Origin: Malacoraja senta | Taxonomy: Eukaryota | Length of the DNA: 64,000 nucleotides | Direction of reading: 5' to 3' | Assembly (NCBI GenBank): GCA_038087875.1 | Contig: CM075977.1 | Span: 111,352,001-111,416,000, forward strand | Shown here: positions 53,666 to 64,000 of the stretch, piece by piece | Position numbering within the stretch: the first letter of the stretch is position 1 | Layout of the letters: each line of letters opens with the position of its first letter | Program-made: the position numbers and the translations under genes | Notes under the pieces: generated by a model | The model's input: only the letters and a program-made list of their open reading frames with translations | What the model was told of the DNA's origin: nothing | The model's database searches: none

Positions 53666-53681
53666 AAAGGGCGGAGACTGA
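53666..53681 (+). CDS. Gene C terminal exon; direct splice gives tail RKGGD*
   Basis: gtttcgtcctctgcag acceptor; GGAGACTGA conserved with gene A. Confidence 0.65.
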
Positions 53682-54629
53682 GCCATTGCAGGAAGTTAAG
53701 AAGACCATTTTCTGACCACAATGTACACCATCTCCCTCCCTTGAGATCCGATCTACGACGAACTTGCGATTACAATCATTAGTTTTATCCAATGATATCC
53801 ACTGAGAACCTCATCCCGTTGATAATCCCGAGAGCAAATTCCCTGTGTCACTTTGTGGGAATAGCTGAGTCCTCTGTGTGCCTCTGCAAAGCATTTGCTC
53901 ACGAATCACCTGCCTGCTTAACTTTCCTCGTATGTTGCAAACATACTTGGCTAATAAAGTATTACTGTGATTGTGATTGCGATTGATTTTGATTTGCGTT
54001 ATTGATGTCAATAAAGACGGCAGTGGGAAGAGATGTGCTTTGCCGCTATCCGCCGTTCCACTGCCGCCAGAGTCTACTGTAGTCCATTATTGTGCATGAA
54101 GGCTTCATTGTCCGGTACAGAGAGGAAATGTTCATGTCGTGGAAGAACGAGAGAGGGCGGCACGGTGGAGCAGACCAAGGGTCCACCAGGTCCTCGAAGG
54201 TCCGCAGGTTTCCACGGTTGGAGCTCCCGAGGTCGATCGCTGGCAAAGGGGTCGCGAGCTCCGCGATTTTAAGTCCGCAGGCTCCCGCGTTTGGAGATCC
54301 CAAAGTCGATCCCCAGCAAGAGGCCGCCAGCTCCTCGATATTAGGCCGCAGTGCGGACGGGGATAGGATAGGGAAGAAATCGTATATACGTCGGGGTACA
54401 GATTAAAAACATGTTTCCCCCAACCCCAGCCCCCCTCCCACCACCACCACCACACACGCATAATACACAACTAAAGGTACACTAAAACATACATTTAACA
54501 AGAGACTAAAAACAACAAAGAAGGAAAAAGACGAGGCAGACCGTTGCGAGGCAGCCATAGTAACGTGCCACCTGGTGACAAGTATTTCTTCATGTCCGTT
54601 AAAAACCCGCACGTGCTGTAGCAATTAAT

Positions 54630-57600
54630 AGTAAGATTAAACGAGAACTTACCTGTTTGAAGTTTGATCTTTATTTTATGAGGAGTTACGATGAAGGGCT
54701 ACGTGAAGAAGACCCCGTCCAGCCGCACACGCGTGAATCTTCAAAGCAGCGGTGTGAAATCACAGATAATAATTACTGAAGTATGATAGTAAGATACGTG
54801 AAGACTAGAACTACCAAATGACCTTTATGAGGGGTGGGAGTGGAGGGCACGTAGTCCCTCATCGTAACTCCTCATAAAATATAGATCAAACTTCAAACTG
54901 GTAAGTTCTCGTTTAATCTTACAATTTTACTTCGGAGTCACGTGAGTGACTAGGTGAAGATTTTAAAGCTCTGTGATTTCATGCCGCAGATTCAAATCCA
55001 GGAGTCTCACTGCATTGATTGACTCTAAATGAGTAAAGCAATCAACAATGCATAACCACAACATAAATGCAATCAGTTAATGGTTAATTTATCACAACAA
55101 TAGTAACCCCTTTATCACAAGGGGGAACTTAATATTGAATCCAAAACAGCACCACCAAATAACCCAGGTTCTGTAATCTCCTTATGGTAATACTTGTGAA
55201 TCATCCGTTCACTTGTCCTGCGGCCGCCAGGATATGATCTATTGGGACGTCCAAATCCTTGGCCGCCGATGTTGATGCCGCCCTGGTGGAATGAAATTTA
55301 AATTTGTCAGTATCAATACCTGCATCAACCAACACCTGCTTCAGCCATCTTGAAATAGTCTGAACCGACACTTTCTTATGCGTTTTTTTATGGCTGATAA
55401 AGAATGCTGATTCTGCACCTTTTAAGGTTCTGGTGGCTTCAATGTAACATCATAAATGTGATACTACACATAGACGTGGATCCGTAGGATATGCTGAAAA
55501 AAACAACTTACACCCTGTGACTCCAGGTCTACTCTGTTTAAGGAAATCATAGACATAGAACTTAATGGCATCTGCTGCTATTTTCATCTTGTCTATTCGT
55601 AGTTACTGCAATGTTTGCACTCTCTGTGCTGAAACCAGTGCCATGAGCATGGCTACCTTCATGGTAATTTTGGCCAAGGACAAAGCTGCAATAGGAGTCC
55701 ATTGACGAAGGGGCATTAGTACATCTCTTACATTCCAGATTTCTGTATACCTGGGTCTAGGGGGCTTAGAATTGAAAATTCCCTTCATAAATCTACAGAC
55801 CAAAGGGTGTGACCCTACAGGATTTTGTTCTGATTCCCTCCATAGATGTGCAGAGAGGGCACTCCTTGCAGTATTGATCGCAGTATAGCTTAACTGCAAA
55901 TTAAAATATAAAGAGTTGACAGAATGCTGAGATGTTTGCAGTGTGATATGTAATATTCTGCCTTAAGCAAAACACCTCCCATTTCCTTATGTAAGAAATG
56001 TACTGCTTCTGGGTACTATCCCTCCAGGCTGCTGCAATAACATCCACAGTACGATCTGATAGTCCTCTTCCGAGATATGGCCTCCTGAGAATCTGCAAAT
56101 CAACAAACCAATATGACAATGAAATGATGCGAATCACCAGTTACAGGGTGCACAAGCATGTTTTCCTGTTTGGGAATAATCATAAGGGGCTTTGTGATCA
56201 TTTTTAACACCAGAGGGTACCACGGTTGTGTAGGCCAGTCTGGTACCACCAATACTCCTGAAGCGGAGTCCTGTTTGATCTTCTGTATACTTTGACTAAT
56301 GAGGCAAAATGGAGGAAATGCATACAAAACATTCTACCCCAATGCAGCGAGAAACATCCACCGCTACTGCCCCAGGTTCAGGTTCCCATGACACATATTT
56401 AGGTAATTGGTGGTTAAGTCTGGATGCAAACAAGTCAATCTCTGGCATCCCGAACCGTGCAACAATGTTAGTACATTTGTCACGATCCAACATCCATTCT
56501 GTATTGTCATTGCATTTACGTGACCTTGTGTCTGCAACTATGTTGAATCTACCTGGTAGGTAGATTGCAGAAAGCCAAATGTTTCTGGTAATACACCAGG
56601 TCCAGATCACGTTTGCCAATCTATCACAAGATTCTGACTTGATACCACACATATGATTAACATATGTTACTGTTCCGTAGTGTTGTCAATCTGTACCTGA
56701 ACCTGCACATTTTGCATATTAGAGCAATAAGCTTTGAGCCCATAAAATGTTCCTAAAATCTCTAGGTAATTGATCCCTTGTTCTTGGAGCAAAGGTACTT
56801 CCTCCAAATTCCATCTACCTCCACAGCTGGAAGTAGTATTAGTAGCTCCCCAACCTAGAGCACTTACATCAGTCTGTAGAATAATGGAAGGTGCTTCAAC
56901 CAGAATTCCTCTGGAAGCATTTGAGACACTCCTGATTCACTATTGTATTTCAGTAATAGCTGCAATTGGCAATTGCATGGGTCTGTCAAAATGCCCTGAA
57001 TGTCCTCAATGCCTGTACCTTTGTTCATTGTAATTGCTGATAATGCAGCGATCCAAACTGTACAGCCGGAAATGAAGCAATTAGTTTGACAAGCACGATT
57101 GCTACCTGCCTAATTGAGGGTTGGTGCTGTGTAATTAGCTTAATACAACGTTCAATTAACTGCAGCCTTTATCCTTGGGCAGAGTCACTACCATGTGTTC
57201 TGAATTAATAGTGAAACCCAAGTAATCAATTACTGTGCTTGGTAATATTTTGGACTTAACTGGATGGATAATCAATCCCAGCCTCTCGAAAATGAGCGTG
57301 ATTCTTGACACTGATGCTTCTGTTGTAGCCCGACTGTCTCCCACAATCAGAATATATCCAAATAGGCCAATACCAAATGCCCCTTAGCTCTTAGTAGTGC
57401 TAAGATTGGTTTTTAATAATTTGGTAAATAGTCTCGGAGCTGAGGTTAAACCATTAGGCAAATGCTTTAAATTGCCATAATTGACTCATCCAGCTACGTT
57501 TTAAGTATCTCTGATCATTACCATGCACAGCCACAGTAATATGCATCCATATAGCATTTTCTTGAAATTAGCTGTATAGCGTTGGCAAATGTCTCCATTT

Positions 57601-59601
57601 TAAAATGTTTATGCTGTACAAAAGGGTTAAGACTTGTCAGATCTAGAATAATTCTACATCCGCATCCTTTTTTTTTTGCTCTAGAAAAATACTTGACACA
57701 AACTGGTGGTGTTGGTCAACTGACTTCTCAATTACACCTTTTTTACACAATATTTCAAGTTCTGCCTGAATCTGCATATTCTCTTCTTTTGAGAAAATAC
57801 GTTACCGGCTTGAAATATGCTGAGTAGGAGGATCCAAATATGGATAGAATTTAATTCTAAACCCCACAATACTGCACAGTATGAATGCACCAGATATTAT
57901 TTTTTGCCATTCTTTTGGGAAGAATTGTAATCTTCCTCCAACTTGTAAGTGTGAAACATTTAATATGTCTCTTACAGGACCAGTCCCACCTACCTCGGGG
58001 TTTGCCGATGGCAATTGTTGTCCCCTGCTCTTAATGGGAATACTGTAACCTCCACGTGTCCCAGGAGCAGTGCGCCAATAACGCATACATGGGAAAGACC
58101 GATTTGTCCCTTCAGCGGCCCCAGTCACCACACGTCGGTAGGGAAAAACTGCCTTCGAATTGATCTGCCAAGCACCGGTGGTTTCATCATCCTCGCGGTT
58201 TTTGCTTCTTCATTCAGGTCTTTTAACCTTTTGGTTAGATTCTCTCAAAAAAGCAGATTTAGGCAATTGAATATTGGATGGGTTACAGAGCCCCGCAAAC
58301 TTAGTGTGTATGTTAGGTCTTATAGCACTTCTACGAATACAGTTTATTTCAAAGCACGCACTACACATGATGCAGACACGTGGTCCTCATCCAAGCCTCT
58401 GGCGAAAGCCTTAATGCCTGACCCCAGGAATACCAACACCCGCTGTAATTTCATTTCTTGTGCGCGTACTGCAATGCCCAAATAGCCCCATATTACATTA
58501 CTCCCGACTGGGACTGCTAGCTAGTTTCATATTTTTTGACAGTCTCATCCATGGTCAGTTCATGGAGCTGATGGGAGAGCAAGTAATTTATTGTCATTGC
58601 TGATTCATCTCCCAATGGTTCCACTGTTAGTCTGGCAACGACAAATTTTAGTGCCAGACCTGGCATTTTAGGCTCTGTTATTGGGCTCTGGTCCTCATAT
58701 GATTCATCATCTGAATCTTGCTGCATACAATAGGCCTCCTCATGGAGGGGGCGATCTTGCATCCTGTTTCAGGTGTTTCAAGCGCTGGCTCTCCCATAGG
58801 CCCACGCATAGTAAACTCTTTTTCAGGTGCTCGTCGCGCGGGCTCTCCTGTAGGCCCACGCATAGGCAGCCCTCTTTCAGTTGCTGCTGGCGCTGGCTCT
58901 CCTGTAGGCCAATGCCTAAACTGTCTCCTTCAGATATTGTTGGCGCTGGCTCTCCTGTAGGCCAACGCCTACAGGCCAACACATAAAATGCCCTTGTTCA
59001 GGCATTGATGGCGCTGGCTCTCCTGTAGGCCAAATCTGAAGCGGACCTTTCCCAGGCACTCCCTGCGCTGGCTCTCCTGTAGGCCAACGCTGAGCCGGAC
59101 CTTTCCCAGGCACTCCCAGGACCTTTCCCAATCTCCCGTAGGCCAACGCGTACCCGAGTAGACAAAATGTCTGCCTGAGGCGGGAAATCTCCGGGTATGA
59201 CTCCTCAGAGTCTACTGGCCGCACGGACGTTTGCCTGGCCTTGTGCCCTAATGGCGCTATAACGGTACTTATTTTAACCGCTTCTGTAGTCGATGGCCTC
59301 GCTGCCACCGACTCCTCAACCGGGCGCCCGCTACTCGCAGACCCTCGGTCTTCTCGAGTTTTACCTGCGGTACGCCTCCCTTACGCCCTGTCTCCATTCT
59401 AACTTGTGTTGTCTTACAACTACAAGTTTCTCCGAAGAAGGCGACCTGAAAGCGAAAGTGAAACCACTTACCTTCAGGCTTTTTAAACTTACCGCTTGCT
59501 CCTCTACACACGGGCGCTGCGCTATGCGTCTGACGATATGACGCGTGTGCGGCTGGACTGGGTCTTCTTCACGTAGTCACTCACGTGACTCGGAAGTAAA
59601 A
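54630..59601 (-). mobile_element. Second DIRS1-type retrotransposon, degenerate, with minisatellite in the gag region
   Basis: Same terminal motif taagattaaacgagaacttacc; ICR ~54860-54960; YR INTARSALS/HPLVCRFMKG; DLFASRLNHQ; RT remnants; right terminus cttcttcacgtagtcactcacgtgactcgg. Confidence 0.9.
58775..59150. repeat. Variable-length minisatellite with core CGCTGGCTCTCCTGTAGGCC (about 8 units)
   Basis: Core repeats every ~40-55 bp inside the DIRS gag region. Confidence 0.85.
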
Positions 59602-60499
59602 TGATTGCCAGGAAGTCAATCCTTCTGTGCAATGTTAGAGTCACGGTGTCTGACAGAAAGAGGCTCTTCGGCTCGGCATATGCTTGGCCATCATCGGATC
59701 ACCATTTTTTAATCCCATTTACCAGCACCTGGTTCGTTGCCTTCTACATCTTTATAACTGGTGAACTCGTGAAAGTCTATTCAGGTAATAACAAGGAACT
59801 GCAGGGGCTGGTTTATACCAAACAAAGACACAGAATGCTGTAGTAGCTCAGCAGGTCTGGCAGCATCTTTGGTGAATATGAACAGGTGTGCGATCATAGA
59901 GCATGTGAAGGTGCAACTCTTTCCATTGACTGGATAGCACGCAACAAATACGTTTTTCATTGTACCTTGGTACACAGGGCGATAAACTAAACTAAACTAT
60001 ACAAGATTACAATCAAGCCGTCCATAATGTACCGAAAAGGGGATTACCGTTTAGTTCTAGATAAAGTCCAGTAAAGTCCGATTACAGATAGTCCGAGGGT
60101 CTCCAATGAGGTAATGGTAGTTGTCTAGTTGATGATAGATGGTCCAGATGCCTGTTGGCAGCTGGGAAGAAACTATCCCAGAATCTGGAGGTGTACGTTC
60201 TCACTCTTCTGTACCTCTTACCTGAAGGAAGAGGGGAGACGAGGATGTGTCCGAAATGAGACTCGTCCTTGCTTATGCTGGTGGCCTTGCCGAGGCAAAG
60301 CTGGCAAGTGCTAGTTGGGTGCCCATGTGCAGAAATCCCGAGGGGGGGGGACACGTCACCCCCATGTTTTGAGAGGTGGGGGACAACCCCCCCCCCATGT
60401 TTTGAAATTCGTTGAAAAATAATCTATTAAAATCTCCGTTTAAAAATCGGTAGACTGGGTAGCGATCTTGTTGTGCAAGGCCCTTTGCGATAGTGACGA

Positions 60500-61150
60500 T
60501 AATATGGTGGAATTCGGCATTAGGATGGAGAGCGACACGGCGAATTCAGGGACTAGCGACCTGAACTTGAAGAAAGGAAACTGGCGGTAGGAGACGGGCA
60601 TTGGCAAGGATAGACTGGCAAATGGTGCTTATAGAGCTGACGGTGGAGATGCAATGGTAAAGATTTAAAGATCGAATGGATGAATTACAATTGTTCATCC
60701 ATGTCTAGCGTAAACATAAAACGGGGAAGACGGATCAAGGCTAACGAGGGAAATTATGGACATGGTTAAATGCAAGGGAGAGGCAAAGATGACTGCGAGA
60801 AATTTCGAATTCAAAAGAGGAGGTCAAAGGGGTTAATTAAGAGGGGCGAAATGGAGCATGAGTGGAAGCTTGCGGGGGAAAATGGACTTTGAAAGCTTCT
60901 TTAGATATGTGATGTATAAAAGATTAGCGAAGAAAAATGTAGGTCCCTTACAGTCAGAAAGAGGTGAATGTATAATGGGAAACGAGGAAATGGCAGACCA
61001 GGTAAACGAGTATTTGGTCCCTTACAATCAGACAGATGACTTTATAATGGGAAATAAGGGAATGGCAGAACAGTTAAACGAGTAGTTTGGTTTTGTCTTC
61101 GCTAAGGAAGATACAAACAATCTCCAACAAATACTAGGGGACCGAGGATC
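60500..61150 (+). mobile_element. CR1 (HER1-like) internal fragment
   Basis: Homologous to 29080-29700; 61014-61125 identical to 29552-29663. Confidence 0.8.
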
Positions 61151-61520
61151 TAGTGGGAGGGAGGAATACTAGTACTATGCAACATACCAGGGACAATTTA
61201 CGAGTTTACATCAGCAAAGTAACCTACAAACCTGCACGTCTTTGGAGTGCGGGAGGAGAACGGAGCTCCCGGAGAAAACCCACGCAGTGCACACTGCACA
61301 CAGACAGCACCCGTAGTCAGGATCTATCCGCTTGTCTGGCACTGCAAGACAGCACCTCTACCACTGTGCCACCGCGCCGCGGAAGTGTCTACGCTCTAAT
61401 GAGTTCAGTTGAAGTCACGGACCAACCCCCGTCAAAGATTTCTGCTGGCGGTTAACTGAGTGGTTGTATTTGTACCATTACCCACCCTCACTCAGGTCAT
61501 GTTCTTTCTGTTCATTGCAG

Positions 61521-61804
61521 AAATGGTCGAGACTGATAGATCGCAGGAGGATGGGAGGACCAAATTTTCGAACACCGTGTACACCCAACCGGCCGTCCCG
61601 GTACTGAAAGCGTACACCGACCTGCGCCGCACCTACGATCGCAATTTTTCGTTGCGTGCCATCGTATCGACTGACAATTTCATCCGGTTCATAAATGTCA
61701 CAGCTGATCGCCATGTCGTTCTGTGGGAATCGCTGAATTCTACGCTTGCTTTTTGCAAAGCATTTGCTCGTGACTCAACTGCCTGCCTTATTTGTTGCTA
61801 TTGA
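61521..61804 (+). CDS. Extra terminal-exon paralog F; phase-1 frame open and Tyr-bearing (EMVETDRSQEDGRTKFSNTVYTQPAVPVLKAYTDLRRTYDRNF...); phase-2 frame gives RNGRD*
   Basis: ttctttctgttcattgcag acceptor; 61385-61800 homologous to 53530-53940 (gagttcagttgaag, ttgtaccatta, tgcaaagcatttgctc). Confidence 0.55.
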
Positions 61805-62474
61805 TTTCTGTGGAGACGGCAGGAGGGTGTGCCATGCGTTGCCCCGTGACGAGAGCCAGCGTCCGCGTTGCACTGTCACCAGTGTCTACATTAGTCCATT
61901 ATTCTGCATGTTTTCAGAATACGGACATTGCTGACGAAAAAGCGGCGCACAAAGGGGCGGCACAGTGGCGCAGTGGTAGAGTTGCTGCCTTGCAGCGCCA
62001 GAAACACGGCTCGATCCTGACCAGGGTTGCTCTCCGTGTGAAGTTTTTACGCTCTCCCTGTGAACGCGTGGATTCTCTCCGGGTGCTCCGATTTCAATCC
62101 TCATCCAAAAGACGTGCATGTTTATCGGTTAATTGGTTCCTGTAAATTGACCCGTCGTGCATAGACGATGGCTGGTCAGCACTGACTCGCTGGGCCTAAG
62201 GGCCTGTTTCCACGGGAATAAAACTCCGGGAGTCGGTCACACTCGAGACCTTGGTGCCGGACTATCAGATTTTCTCGACGATTCGATTTAATTCTATACC
62301 AATGCATTTAATTCATTTCTTAAGATGTGTCTTCGTTTTATACTCAATATTCCAGTGAACACAGTGAATGGTTTCGGGGATGAGCGGTGGTGGGAACAGG
62401 GGCCACCGGCGAGTCATAGGAAAGGGGTAAGGGATTTTTGGTTGCGCTGCTCTTAATCTGAAGCATTTATTAGC

Positions 62475-63516
62475 AAAGTAACAAAATTTTGAGATTTTAA
62501 AAATCAAGTCTGCAATTTATCCCATCAGATAAAGCATAAAATGAAGTTTAATTTGACACCTAATTCACTTTCATACCTTCAGTATTAAAAAAGTTATGGC
62601 CATTGTCATACTCGGAAATTTGCATCTTGTTCCCTATTGCTTTTCCATTGACTCAACTCAAAAGCTGTGATCGAGGACAGTCAAAAGCCCATAACTTTCT
62701 TAATAATTAAGAGAACTGAATGACATTTTCAGTTATTATAGATTGAAGCATTTTGAAGCAAATATGAAACAATCTTACTTGGATGACCTGAAATTAAAGC
62801 ATATAATTGGTTAGTTACCTAATTGTAGCTAATTACAAAAATCAATTACTAGATCTAAACATCTATCAATTTCTTAAGAATAGATTAACATTTTTAAATA
62901 GCCTAAGTGTCCAAATAACATTCACACAACAATTCACAATATAACATGATTTTTAAATCTCATTGTCAGGAATTTATAGACCAAATGGAAGGAATTTAGT
63001 GTTTAATTCACGTAAATTAATGGCCATTTAAATCATCTTGCGAGTGGGATTTTGTGGAACGCGATCGTTTGGAACGTTGCATTTGCGGTGAATTTAAACC
63101 CCATATCGGCAGGAAAAATACTGCCGGTTCGTATATTTACATAATCACATTTTCGCAACGTAAAATTTTGATTAAAGGCTTCCTTAGAAGCAAGTTTATA
63201 TGTAAAATAAGCGTCTTTTTTTTAACCTGTCCCGTGCGTGAAATCCGTCCCCGTTGTCGGCGTTGACGGCTTTAGAAGATGCTATTTAATTTACTCCAGT
63301 TATTAAATTATCCAGTGCGGTTTGAAATAAATTTAATAAAAACGATGTCGAATCGATTTTTCTTCAGCTTCTAAACAGCCAGTTCAAAATCGATTTGAAT
63401 AGGCTGGAGAAATACCGCATTTTAAACCCGCCCCCATCTCAAAGGCGCCAAAGTCGCACACACGGGCAGTGACAGAACTGCAGCGCCGCTGAAGGTAAGT
63501 TTTCTAACATACCTAC
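62475..63516. mobile_element. Probable non-autonomous DNA transposon, AT-rich
   Basis: No ORF; right end ttttctaacatacctac with a degraded counterpart (gtaacaaaa) at the left; family not assigned. Confidence 0.35.
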
Positions 63517-64000
63517 ATTTATAATCAATTAATTAGAAACGATTTAAAAAATAACAAAATGGCTAAAATGGTTATTAAATTCACTTACCTAACATTTATG
63601 GTTTGTTTCATTTGGTGAGAATACTTCAATTCAACTTATGTTCTGAATTACTTAATACAATACTAATTATGCTATTGGGCCCATTGGGTTCATGCTTGCT
63701 CCCAATAGAGCTGTCCCATCGACCCTATTCACTCACTTATTTTCTTGCAAGGCTTGTTCGCTCTCACCGATTCCAGTCGACTGGGAAATATACCACATGG
63801 CGCAGATCGAAGATCACCCAGGAACTGTGGAGGTAATTGCGGAGGGCATTGGCCTGGCGCTCTCTTACAAGTAGAGGAACGTCCAGAACTCTGCCGGCAG
63901 CAAACTAAATCCCACCATTGATTGAACGTCGCCTTCATACACATTGCCCGTCGGTGAACTGGAGAAGGGAACAATGTTATTGGATTAATGAGACGATGGG

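Noticed and set aside
63735-63874. Possible exon ACSLSPIPVDWEIYHMAQIEDHPG...
   Set aside because: Only an acceptor-like site; no homology to cluster exons or a recognisable domain
1-64000. CRISPR arrays, rRNA, prokaryotic operons or defence systems
   Set aside because: None seen; the sequence is intron-containing vertebrate DNA

Overview
Eukaryotic, repeat-dense genomic DNA, most likely from a cartilaginous fish (skate/ray). This is inferred from HE1-like tRNA SINEs and HER1/CR1, Penelope, L2, Rex/Babar, L1 and DIRS elements. The ORF track is mostly TE debris and hides a spliced multigene cluster of Siglec-15-like immune receptors with the layout leader, V-set Ig, V-set Ig, TM carrying a Lys (PLGLKT), short tail. 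Two genes can be assembled in phase from GT-AG exons and are divergently arranged: gene B (minus, ATG 33633, TM 26086-26185) and gene C (plus, ATG 43836, stop 53681). The 3' end of a third gene, A, opens the window (TM 6-105, terminal exon 889). There are also orphan paralogous pieces: terminal exons at ~6190(-), 35991(+) and 61521(+), and a truncated third V2 exon at 49694-49802. B and C differ reciprocally at the Siglec essential-Arg position and the C-C' Cys pair. Their V2 differences cluster in CDR1/CDR3-like loops. The terminal exon appears readable in two frames: a 5-aa tail, or an acidic tail that carries Tyr in some copies. TEs include a full-length L1 with a 15-bp TSD, two near-complete DIRS elements and a Harbinger-type MITE. 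Three N gaps: 23244-23443, 32202-32391, 45868-46039.
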